A DNA stretch of 63,930 nucleotides, the filler included, from Collodictyon triciliatum (lineage: Eukaryota), in the NCBI GenBank assembly GCA_043381765.1. It is 5 parts of 5 records of this genome, joined end to end, with 100 filler letters (N's around TTAATTAATTAA, not from the genome) between each part and the next. Parts side by side here need not be neighbours in the genome. Positions count along the whole stretch, not along the records: positions 25,695 to 45,064 come from JBHJMP010000332.1; positions 45,165 to 53,321 come from JBHJMP010000333.1; positions 53,422 to 63,930 come from JBHJMP010000339.1; 2 more parts are not named here. One strand, written 5' to 3'. Position numbers and translations under genes: made by a program. A model generated the notes under the pieces. It worked only from the letters and a program-made list of their open reading frames with translations, was not told the origin of the DNA and ran no database searches. Shown here piece after piece: positions 26,629 to 54,847 of this stretch (position 1 is the stretch's first letter; every line of letters begins with the position of its first letter).

Positions 26629-27548
26629 GTATGGCAGTATCTGTATATACACCACTAGGGTATTTCGAAGCCTCTCTTGGAACGACTCATCTCTAATGTC
26701 TCATCCTTCTCCATGAAAATACTCCAAAGGCATATGTATTGCTCACTAGAGTCACTACTAGCCAGAAAATAGCAAAGATAAACCCAAGGAGCACAATCCG
26801 AAGGCAGAGTCAAACAAAAAGAAAAAGAAAAAAAAGGCATAATATCCTGCATCTACATGGCATCTGCTCCCTCTATCAAATATGGAAAAACGCGTTGTGA
26901 AATCGTTAGAGACCGTTGAACGTCTACCTTTTATGTAACATTTCTTTGAAATTCGCCAGTGGTTCCATTTTGAATCTGCTTTTGCTTCAACCTACAATCA
27001 TTGGATCGAACGAAAGCGCGTTTCAAAGCCGACGGACGCATCAAACCGAGTCTCTGTGGACGATGCGAGCACTTCGGCATAACTCACTTTCTCTCGCGCT
27101 TCCTTTTTCCTCCTGGTCGAGAGACTCTTCAGGCTTCTAATAGCTTGTCTCTTTCTATCGTTCCCTTGTATGAAAAGAAGATGGCGTGAGTACGCACTCA
27201 TCAACCTCGGAAATCTTCGTGCAGGTTAGCCTTTAAAGAAGAGTAATTCGTGAAGTGCTCCAATAAGAGAAACCTGCACACGGTCAGCGCTCGAGAGAAC
27301 AAGCAAGGAGAACCTGTTGACCGATCGAAGAAGAACAGGGAGTAGAGATTTTGAAGCACAGGCACTGTAGCTCCAACTAGCCCGTTTTTCGCTGGTAACC
27401 TTCACTCAATCAAGCCTTCTGGTATTATGCTCGATCACCCTCCTCCTTATTCTATTTGGACCAGTTGATGTAAAAATTGCAACGATTATGTACAGAATGT
27501 GACCCAGTTCTTCCTCTTTTTACCTTCTTTTTAAATTATTTTCCTTTT

Positions 27549-27665
27549 TATATTCGGTTTTATTCGGTTTTATTCGGTTTTATTCGGTTTTATTCGGTTT
27601 TATTCGGTTTTATTCGGTTTTATTCGGTTTTATTCGGTTTTATTCGGTTTTATTCGGTTTTATTC
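27549..27665. repeat. 10-bp tandem repeat (TATTCGGTTT)n
   Basis: About 11 perfect copies, probably in a 5'-UTR intron of the dynein gene. Confidence 0.95.
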
Positions 27666-27749
27666 AATTTATTTTTACATTATCTCTATTTTAACCCATT
27701 ATCTTAATATTTTTTTGTTCCGTCAAATCCTTCACTTTTAGAGAATAAC

Positions 27750-43750
<16,001 letters not shown>

Positions 43751-44614
43751 TCTTTTGTTACTATCACTTTTTTTTTTTTCTTGTTCTTCTTTTTGTGCCT
43801 TTGCTCTCGCACAATAAAAATAAAAAAAAACCCTCACCAATAAAAGACTCGAGTTCCGGGATGCAACATTCTCTGCTCCTGGCGCAAAGTGACTCAAGAC
43901 TCACCCACTGAATCTTCATATGGCATGGCTACTTGGTTCTGTGAGCCGCCCTGTTGTGTGTGCTGACCCCAACTTTACGTTGCGCAACTCGGCTTTTGTG
44001 GCTCGTACCACGCACTGATGGATGATTTGGTTCACAGAGTTCGGTGAATGGGTCTCTTCGGGCTCAAAGCTTCTTTAAGACCATGATTATAAATGAGGGA
44101 TGCTGTGATGCGCATTTTCTTTCCCAAAACAACGGATGGTATATTGCGGATGATGCTTTGCAGCGCATCAAGGTTTCATAGATGCGCTTTTTATAAGTTT
44201 TGTGACGCTCTGCCACGAGCATTTTTTGTTTGTTTCTTGTGCGTTTGGTCCAGGCTTTCTCTGCTGTGAGTCACGTATCCAAATTGCACGGCTGCCCCAC
44301 GCAAGTGGCTGTCGTCATCGGAAGTATCTGCGGCTATGAAAGATCCTATTAAGGGTGTGTGAATAGCTTGACAAATCAAGACATGGGTCTGCATTAACAA
44401 ACACTTTGTTGTCATTCACCCAACTTCAAGTATAAAACAGGTGCGAGTTCACCAACTGTGCCATTGAATGAACCATTTGCACTATGGCATAATCCGGGCT
44501 TTGGTTATTAAACTGCAAGTAGCGTGCACCAGGAATCGTCGTTCACTCGGGCTAAGGGGATTCAAGGCAACGCAACCAAGGCAACGAACCCAAAAGAAAC
44601 CAAGAGAAGAGAAT

Positions 44615-44902
44615 ATGTCCGAAACTACACAAATCACAAGCATCTCGTCCTCAAGCGAAAGCAAATCCAAACGCATTTTCAAAAAGGATGATAACGCACC
44701 CAATCATTTAACACGTGACCTGGTTGACTATCAAGTCGCCATTAAAGATGGACTTCCTCTGAAGTGTCCACCAGCTCCGCTTTTGTCGTCAAAGAACTCA
44801 CCTTTTGTTGGTCTACCGCTCTCTTATCAACCACCCTTGCTGCCGTCCGCCAGGGAATCACCCAACATCAGCCTTTTCAAATCGCATAGTGCATTTTTGC
44901 TG
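44615..44902 (+). CDS. Possible first exon of an unidentified gene (truncated by the contig end)
   Basis: MSETTQITSISSSSESKSKRIFKKDDNAPNHLTRDLVDYQVAIKDGLPLKCPPAP..., followed by candidate GT donors (44811, 44903) and a poly-T intron-like tract. Confidence 0.35.
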
Positions 44903-44989
44903 GTAACTTTGACGCTTCTTTTAGAACTGTTTCTTTTTATGAATAAGATTGCTCTATTGTGCTGTTCATTTGCGTAAGTTGCTGATTCA

Positions 44990-45056
<67 letters not shown>

Positions 45057-45064
45057 CATGTGTT

Positions 45065-45164
45065 NNNNNNNNNNNNNNNNNNNNNNNNNNNNNNNNNNNN
45101 NNNNNNNNTTAATTAATTAANNNNNNNNNNNNNNNNNNNNNNNNNNNNNNNNNNNNNNNNNNNN
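45065..45164. other. Artificial contig spacer
   Basis: TTAATTAATTAA at 45109-45120. Confidence 0.95.
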
Positions 45165-45312
45165 TTTTCTTTTTTTTCTTTTTTTTTTTTTTTTTTACGA
45201 ATAATATCAATTTTTAAAAGTGAAATAAAAAATGCTTGTAAAGTCAAAGAAACACAGAGTGATTAAGTTCATGGTTCAACTAGCAGCCGCACTAACTTTT
45301 ATGAGGGGCTAG

Positions 45313-46177
45313 GTTGCTTATGTGGCATCGTCATTGCTTTTTATTTTGGCCATCCTCGGACTTGGCCATCAGACCACTGCACGCACAGGAAATTAGTCAG
45401 AGTCATTCCAAACATACGACGATACGTCAACTTATGCGCTCATCTTGGGGATAACTCTAACACTTCTTTTGCAAACACATGTCTCTATAGCCTTGGAATC
45501 AGTGGTATGCTCGTATGCGTGATTTCGGTCTATGTCTGGTTCATGAAGGATCGCGCAGAAGAAGACTATGGATGGTGGATTATCCCTATCTTTACATCTG
45601 TCGGAGGAGCCATCGGCCTGGTTTTTTTTTTTTTTATTTTTTTTGCTGCTCTTTCTAACGCCCATTCACCTATGTTCATGTTTATTTGCTTCTATTTTTT
45701 TTCGACGCAATTCAACTTTCATCTTATTTTCACAACCCAATAATGTATGGTTCAGTACATGGCCCAAACCGTACAAATGACCGGAATGCCTCAAATGGTC
45801 GGCCTTCTCAATGCCTTTGGAGGTCTTGCCGCTGCATTTGAGTCCATTGCTCTCTATGTTTACGACAAGTAACTTATTTTTCATATCCAACCATTTCTCA
45901 AGCATGTTTATTCATCAAATCATGCACCAACTCATCTGCTCTACGCTAAAGAGCTGAGGATGGATCTTCAGAGAACGAATCCCGGGTCCAAATGGCCTTC
46001 CTTCTGCTGAGTCTCGTCGTGGGAATGGTCACATTCTTTGGCTCCTTGATCGCATGTGGCAAACTGGATGGCCAAATCAAGACACCCAACATAGCCAACC
46101 AGCATATCATCAACTTTGTCATATACGCTGGTAACAAACTCTTTTTCTTTTCTTGTCGATTTCATCGGCTCATGAAC

Positions 46178-46276
<99 letters not shown>

Positions 46277-49200
46277 CGTTGTTCCAAATGCTCAAAACAC
46301 ATTTCTTTTCAATTAAATGATATATGCTGCATGTTTACCTATTATAATACTGTTAATAAATAACACAGCTACCCTGACCCTGATGATTCTGTGTGGCTTG
46401 AACTCATACGAGGGCCCGGATGATGATGACCTGCGCTTGGATGATGTCACGGACTTCAACGGCACCGCCCTTATTGTGTCTCTTTCTGTTTTTGCATCTC
46501 TATGTGGTGTAAGTTTGGCCTTGAAGATTGAATCCATGTATCACCAAAGACTTTAACGCAAAAAAAAAAAAGAAAAAAAAAAGGGAGAAATATTTACACA
46601 CCAAACTATCCACACTGGATTCTAGTATAAAATACGGATTCATTCTCCGATTATCTTACTCCTTCCTAAAAATTTTTTAGCTTGTTTCCTCTTCTACATC
46701 AAAATTGTTAATAGTCAAATACTTTCTAAATATATTTTTTTAATATTTTTTATTTATTAAATTGTTGCACTGCTAATTAAGAAGTAATCAATCATCAAGG
46801 TGGTTTTTGTTCTTCCTATTGGAGGTGCTGACATGCCCGTCGTCATTTCCGTTCTCAATTCGTTCTCTGGTCTCAGTGGATGCGCAACAGGCTTTATGCT
46901 TGAGAACGACCTTCTTATCATTACTGGTGCTCTTGTAGCTTCCAGCGGCGCCATTCTTTCCTACATCATGTGCAAGGTAATACCATGAATCCATTTCCTT
47001 CTTACTGGCCTTATTTTAATTTTCTTATTGAAGTATGATTTCTTATTGGAGATCCAAATAATGTGAATCAAGAACTACCCTGATAGATTTTTGAAGATAT
47101 CGCTTTCTTCCCATTATTCCTAGGCCATGAACCGGTCTTTGGTGAACGTTCTTGCTGGTGGCTTTGGTGAGGGTGCGGCCCCTGCTGCAACATCATCCTC
47201 TGGACGTATACACTTCTTTTTCCATAACCGATTTATTTCAATTTAAAATCATGGCGCTTTTCTTCTTCTTTTTTTTTTCCCCACATCTTCGGAGACAAGC
47301 CTAGACGAAGCATACATCTTAATACATCAGAAAAGGATATACTCCCTACCCCCAAAAATTATTTTTTTTTTTTTTTTTTTTTTTTCTTTTTCCCCCTCCC
47401 CCCAAAAATTTTTTTTTTTTTTTTTTTTTTTTTTATTAATTTCACAGCCCTCACCTGTAGCTTAAGTTGATACACTCTTCATATGGTCCGGATATGACAT
47501 CGCAAACCTTTCATATAGCTGTTGAACAACAAGAACATTTCCCCATTGATACTGAGGGCGTCGGAAATGCACTCCTTTCTGCAAAGAGCGTTTTGATTGT
47601 ACCAGGTTATGGAATGGCAGTTTCCCGTGCGCAACATACAATCTCTGAGATCGTCAAGGTAAAGGAACTTTTAAAGCACTAAAAACAACAAGCAATACAC
47701 AAAAAAATAAAATAAAAAAATCACTTATCTATTATGCAAAACAAGTTCGTAAAGTGTTTCCCTAATAGCTAATGCTATGTCCCAATAAATCAAACACCTT
47801 TTCTTTGTTTTGCCAAAAGACTTTGGGTCAGCGCGGAATCTCTGTCAAATTTGGCATTCATCCAGTCGCCGGCCGTTTGCCTGGGCACATGAATGTCCTT
47901 CTTGCTGAGGCTCGAGTTCCCTATGACATCGTTTTGGAGATGGATGAAGTTAACCCTGACATCTCAAATGTTGATGTTGTTCTTGTAAGTTTGCCTTAGA
48001 TCATCTTGGCTTCTCCCTTAATATGCCGATTGGGTTGCCACGCTTCATTTGATACCTATGCATGCTATCCAATTACAATATTCAACTTTTTACTTCTGAT
48101 ACTTTTAATTACTATGTACATAGTAAATAAAGTATTATATTTTTCTATCCACTTACCTACCTGCTACGGTCAAAGTGTTAAACTTATCCTTGATTAATTT
48201 GTGAGGTTATTGGAGCCAACGACACTGTCAATCCTGCTGCTGAAGAAGATCCAAGCAGCCCGATTGCTGGTATGCCGGTTATTCGCGTCTGGCTCGCCAA
48301 GACAGTCATAGTAATGAAGCGCTCTATGTCCCAGGTATGCTATTCGGTGAAACTGACATAATACATGTTCTGATTGTTAAAAATCATACTTTAAGATACT
48401 ATTCAATATAAAAAATGGTAACTATTAAATAATCGACAATATCGAATATATTTCCATTCAGGGTTACGCTGCTGTTGACAATCCTCTCTTCTTCCGCCAA
48501 AATACCAGGTATTAATATTCATCGGCAAGCAGCCTATTTCCATCAGAATCAATACACTAATAAAGTGTAATCCATCATATTTTATCCTTAAAACAATATC
48601 ATATTTATCACAACAAACAAATAAACAAACAAATAAACAAACAAATAAACAAACAAACAAACAAACAAACAAAAACATACCAGAATGTACTTTGGTGATG
48701 CCAAAAAGAACTGTGATGCTTTGTTGGAGAAGCTCCGCAGTGCTGGGTCTGGCGCAGCTGGTGTTGGGAATGTTACTGGAACATCAAAGGCCAAGGTTAC
48801 ATTCTATCCTAACTCCATAGTTATATAAACTTCGCAGTCATGTGAAAAAGGTATCATGATGCTCATGTGAGATCGAAAGACAATACAATCGACGCTCCTT
48901 GTGTTCCTTGGTCCCTACTTCCCCTGATTTTTTCTTTTCATAACAGGAAAAAGAGGATCCCATTCCTACTGCTGTAATGAAACTTGGCATCATGAAGGAA
49001 ACTGCCGACCTTGAGCGCCGTGTTGCTTGCATCCCCGATATGGTCAAGAAATTCCGCAAGCTTGGCTTTGATGTTTTCATTGAGACTGGTAAAATACATA
49101 TATGAGGACATTTTATAATACATGATACAAAAGCTTTGCTTTCAAATATCGCGCCGATAAAAAAAAAATCACACATCTTCTACATTTACCATCATCGATC

Positions 49201-49492
49201 TATTGAACTTTGTTCAGGTGCTGGTCTGGGGTGCAGCTTTCCTGACGAGCTATACACAGCTCACGGAGCCAACGTGGTTGATTTATCGGTGATTAACCAA
49301 ACCGTGGACGTAATATTGAAGGTGAAACTTTATATTGTGCGAAAAAAAAATGCCGTTATTAATTTTCCAATTCCCTTATACTTGACAAGAAGCATATTTA
49401 TGTGTAACTGTGAAAAGAGAATCATGACCGGATGACAACCAGAACTTAACATCACTTNNNNNNNNNNNNNNNNNNNNNNNNNNNNNNNNNNN

Positions 49493-49525
<33 letters not shown>

Positions 49526-52500
49526 ATTCGAGTGCGTGCTCTAGCGTCTTACCAATGATGAATTCTATGACGTTATGTAGGTCGAGAAGCCAACTGTCGA
49601 AGAAGTCCAACAAATGAGACCTGGACAAGTGCTTATCTTTTTCCTTGCGATTCTAGATAACCATCGATGTCTTATAATAGCCTGTATGTAATCATAAGAC
49701 AATACCAAACAGGTCCTTATTAGTTATGTGTCTCCAGCCCACAACAAGGAATTGCTGCAGGCTGCTGCCCAGGCTGGTGAGATTTGTCGGAATCAGTCAC
49801 TCACTACCTATAAAATTTTGACTGTTTGGGGTGTTGTTTTCAAGGTGATTGTAGCTGGTTAATCTAGCCGTATTGTCATCAGGAATCACCCTTCTCGCTA
49901 TGGATGCCGTTCCTCGTATTACGTCTGCACAGAAGCTCGATTCGTTGAGTTCCATGGGCAAAATCTCTGGTTAGAGAACTGCTAATGTGTTTTATACAAT
50001 TCTTTAAGCATTATTTCACTATGAAAATAAATCAGCCTATATGATTGATTTGAATGGGATACATATATACTGTTCACGATTTCCGCCATTCCTATCTTCA
50101 TGTGACATTGTCATACAAACAGGATATCGTGCAGTTATTGAGGCATGTAACGTCTTTGAGCGCTTCTGCGTTGGTGAAATTACTGCAGCTGGCAAATATC
50201 CTCCAGCGACCTTCCTTATCATCGGTCTGTTTTCTAATACTCATACAACCACGCCCCTCACCNNNNNNNNNNNNNNNNNNNNNNNNNNNNNNNNNNNNNN
50301 NNNNNNNNNNNNNNNNNNNNNNNNNNNNNNNNNNNNNNNNNNNNNNNNNNNNNNNNNNNNNNTGGGTCCGTTTTGGTGGGGAGTAATCTGCGGGTGCCAA
50401 ACACACTCCCCCCGCTCCCCTTTCCTTTTTTTTTTTGTTTTTTTTACATCCCCCCCCCCCCCCCCCCCCCCCCCAATATTCTTTTAAGTAGACAAGAATG
50501 ATGAATAACTGAATAGAATCCTATTTTTATATTCACTTTTTTTCCCTCTGAACTCACCACTGTCAAACTGTCTCCGTCTATTAAGGTGCTGGTGTTGCCG
50601 GACTTGCTGCCATCGGAGCCGCCAAAGCCATGGGCGCAGTAGTCCGCTGTTTCGACACACGCTTAGTTACAAAGGAGCAGGTCGAGAGCATGGGTGCCGA
50701 GTTCCTGGAGCTTGAGTTTAATGAGGACGGAGAAGGCCAAGTATGTCATATCAGACTCTGGATTGCGCCACCTGTTATGTCACTTTTTCCTATCAGATTG
50801 ACATTTGCATATGAGTAGTTTGTTTTCTTTGGCTACTTCATATACAATTTTTATAATTTTTTTTTAATATCTTGATTCAAAGGGAGGATACGCGAAAGTC
50901 ATGAGTGAGGAATTTTACAAGGCTGAGATGGAGCTTTTCGCAAAGCAGGCTGCTGAGGTTGATATCATTATTACAACAGCACAAATCCCTGGCTCGAAGG
51001 CACCCATCTTGATTAAGAGGGAGCACGTCGAGGCCATGAAGCCAGGTATTGATAATTATTTTTTGAATAAGGAATTTCATTTGAATTCTAAATGGCAAAG
51101 CGTGACATGTGTGTAACTTAAAAAAAAAAATAAGAAAATGCTAGTAATCGATGCAAGATTTTTTTCCCGCATGTTCTAAAATCTAAATATATTACTTTTG
51201 CCAAAAGGTGAATTCCCTTCTTATCACACCCTTGCTTACTGAAATACTGTGTTAAATTATAGGTTCTGTGGTGGTTGACATCGCTGCTATGTCTGGAGGA
51301 AACTGCGAGTTGACTGTTCCCGGAGAGGTTTTTGTGTCAATATTTTTAGTCTCATGATTGCTATTGTTTGAAACGATATAACCTTGCTTGTTCCCACCAT
51401 CTGGCCAATGTGAGCTAGCCACTGGATACGAATTCTCTTTAACTATCTTCCACCTATTGTTTTTGTGCACACAATTAATGAAAAGGCAATTTTTTTAATT
51501 CAAACAGGTCATCAACCACAAGAATGTCCGCATCATTGGATATACAGACCTCACTTCTCGTATGGCATACCAGGTTTTGTAGCGCACAGTCTCCTTGTTT
51601 TCTTTTCGTCTTAACTAGCCTCCCGGCATAACCTGATGAAGATGTTGCGTTTAGTTTGTCCAAGAACACGTTCTTTTCTTGAAATATCCCGATTTCATGA
51701 CTTTTTTTTTGTTTTGTTCTTTTGTTCTTTTGTTTGTTTGTTTGTTTGTTTGTTTGTTTGTTTGTTTGTTTGTTTGTTTGTTTGTTTGTTTGTTTGTTTG
51801 TTTGTTTGTTTGTTTGTTTGTTTGTTTGTTGAAATAAAATTTACCTATCATCACTGAATTCATCTATTTGCGCGCAAAGGCATCGGCGATGTACTCAACC
51901 AATCTGCAACATCTTCTTCACCATATGGGAGGAGCGACAAAGTGGAGCGTCAACATGGATGATGAAGTTGTTCGTCCCATGGTCGTAGCTCATCAGAAAA
52001 CCGTCACCTTCCCGCCGCCTCGAGTCGTCAACCCTTCGCCCGCTGCCCCGGCTCAACCTAAGCCCCAAAAGGTCGCACCAAAAGCAGTCAACAAGACCGA
52101 AGATACTAGGTATTTTATTTTATTTTTTAAAAAAGGATTTTTTGTGCAAATATATCATTCTTGTATGTATTGGTGTTTGTTCTTTTATATCTATTTTTCT
52201 TGATCAAACAAACAATTCATTTGTCATTTTATGTGTATATTTGCTTCTGGTTTTTTTTTTGTTCGTGATGAAACGAAAAGAAAAACCAAAAATGGAAAGA
52301 GAAGTAAATTAACTAACTTAACACATAGCATGAGCCCAACTACCCTGTATCTGACGATTATCGCTTTCGCTGCCACCTTCATTCTCATCGCCATGTTCTT
52401 CCCCAAGTCATTCCCATCGCATCTCATGGTAATAGCAAAAATAATGACATATCTCAGAATCATCCCTACATCACTCCAAACAAGTTACAAAGCGCGGTTG

Positions 52501-53074
52501 AGACATAAAAATTAGAGCTGTTTCACCCCAGCGCAGTATGTACGGAAATGCCTGGAAGGTTCTGAAATACTTTATAAACGACGACGCAAATGAAAGGTGT
52601 TTACACTGGCCTGCATTGTCGGCTACAACAGCATCTGGTCCGTTGCCCCTGCTCTCCACACGCCGCTGATGAGCGCCAGCAATGCAATCTCTGGAGTTGT
52701 CATCTTGGGAGGAATCGTGCAGGTTGATGGCGAGTTGGACACAGCCACACTGATTCTCTCTGCCCTTGCAGTCCTTGTAGCCTCTGTCAACGTTTGCGGT
52801 GGCTTCTGGGTCACACACCGCATGCTCAACATGTTCATCATCGAGGAGCCCGCAAAGGTAATCCCCATCATTCAAAGATTTCTTTCCTTCTACACACATA
52901 TATGTGTATTTAGTTTTCCTCTATCCTCTATTGCACACTCACTCTACATGATTTCTTTACACACAATTATGGTTTGTATTGAATTACTCGCAGGCCACAA
53001 CTTGACTTTTTTTTTCTCGTACTTTTCTTACTCAATCGTAGAAGGATGGTGGATATGAGCGAGTCCGCGATTAA
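45313..53074 (+). CDS. NNT: Proton-translocating NAD(P) transhydrogenase, single-chain beta-alpha fusion, about 26 exons, 5' partial
   Basis: Beta membrane part ([65 protein letters not shown]), then dIII ([40 protein letters not shown]), a Gly/Ala linker, dI ([24 protein letters not shown]) and alpha TM ([27 protein letters not shown]). Confidence 0.95.
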
Positions 53075-53268
53075 TTTCAGTTCTCCTTCGTTTGACGGCG
53101 CCATCTCTGCTTCTCGCAGACTGTTCCTGATTGCCAAAGGAAATAATGCGTCGGCCGTGACATTCTCCGAATGGACATCCATTAAAGAAAAAGAAGAAAA
53201 GTGTAATGGCACCGCATAACTACAATACGGTCAAACACAGATGATGATGATGATGATGATGATGATAG

Positions 53269-53321
<53 letters not shown>

Positions 53322-53421
53322 NNNNNNNNNNNNNNNNNNNNNNNNNNNNNNNNNNNNNNNNNNNNTTAATTAATTAANNNNNNNNNNNNNNNNNNNNNNN
53401 NNNNNNNNNNNNNNNNNNNNN
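53322..53421. other. Artificial contig spacer
   Basis: TTAATTAATTAA at 53366-53377, preceded by (GAT)n and (GT)n. Confidence 0.95.
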
Positions 53422-54040
53422 AAAGAAAAAGAAAAAGAAAAAGAAAAAGAAAAAGAAAAAGAAAAAGAAAAAGAAAAAGAAAAAGAAAAAGAAAAGAAAA
53501 AGAAAAAGAAAAAGAAAAAGGAAGAGAGAAAAAGAAAAAGGAAGAGAGAAAAAGAAAAAGAAAAAGAAAAAGAAAAAGAAAAAGGAAGAGAAAAAGAAAA
53601 AGAAAAGAAAAAGGAAGAGAAAAAGAAAAAGAAAAGAAAAAGGAAGAGGAAAAGAAAAAGGAAGAGAAAAAGAAAAAGAAAAGAAAAAGGAAGAGAAAAA
53701 GAAAAAGAAAAGAAAAAGAAAAGAAAAAGGAAGAGGAAGAGAAAAAGAAAAGGGAAGAGAAAAAGAAAAGGGAAGAGAAAAAGAAAAGGAAGAGGAAAAG
53801 AAAAAGAGAAAAAGAAAAAGAGAAAAAGAAAAAGAAAAAGAGAAAAAGAAAAAGAAAAAGAGAAAAAGAAAAAGAAAAAGAGAAAAAGAAAAGAGAAAAG
53901 AAAAAGGAAGAGAAAAAGGAAGAGAAAAAGGAAGAGGAAAAGAAAAAGAGAAAAAGAAAAGGAAAAGAAAAAGGAAGAGAAAAAGAAAAAGAAGAGGAAG
54001 AGGAAAAAGACATTAAAGAGAAAAAGGAAAAGAAAAAGAA
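53422..54040. repeat. About 620-bp polypurine tract built from (GAAAAA)n variants, upstream of RTEL1
   Basis: Almost exclusively A/G on the + strand. Confidence 0.95.
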
Positions 54041-54134
54041 ATAACCCTCCTAGCAAATATTCTTCCTTCTAGCTTTGAGGCCATAGCGACGAATATTCGG
54101 TGCTCCTATCAGGCAACCTAGAGACAGACTAAAT

Positions 54135-54816
54135 ATGCCAACACTGAACCTTGGTGGTGTCCCGGTTGACTTTCCATTCGATCCATATGGACCACAACTA
54201 ACCTACATGACAAAAGTTATCGAAGCACTGAAAGCAGTGAGTTACCTTTGCAAATATTTTGTTTAATATATATCTACTCACTAGCATAATAATATTTTTT
54301 TCCCCCTCTTTATACGATTCAAAGCACAGTTATACTACTTATTAATCATCGCCTCTAAAGTAATGAAAACAACCCAACATGCAAGAATATGATTGTAATA
54401 TTCTCTTCTCTTCTCTTCTCGTTTCTTCTTTGTGTACCTATTTACATACAATTCCATTCATCAAATATACGTGAAACATAGGGAGAGAACGCTCTTCTTG
54501 AATCACCCACTGGCACAGGAAAAACACTTTGTCTTCTTTGCTCCTGTCTTGCTTGGAGATCTTACCATCTAAAGATGAAGTGACACGTTTAACCGATAAT
54601 CTATTTCATTTGCACCTTCTATTTTTTATCCCTTAATTAATCTTCTCATTTGAAGTCGTCTTGCTAAAATGATGTTTTATGGCATTCACCTTTTGCGACA
54701 GCAGAATATCGAGTGAAACAGGATCAAAAGAATCATGTATAGCTCCAACTTTTTTTAATATAAACTCAATATGCTAATGATCAGAAAACATTCACCAAGA
54801 CAACTTCTTAATGTGC

Positions 54817-54847
<31 letters not shown>

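Noticed and set aside
27549-27665. (TATTCGGTTT)n and other short arrays as CRISPR or telomeric repeats
   Set aside because: No spacers, eukaryotic intronic or UTR context, and no telomere-like G-rich unit.
43897-44055. Possible long hairpin or structured RNA downstream of DNAH2 (43897-43912 pairing with 44040-44055)
   Set aside because: 14 of 16 pairs including G-U is expected by chance in a region this size, and no SRP, snRNA or snoRNA motifs were recognised.
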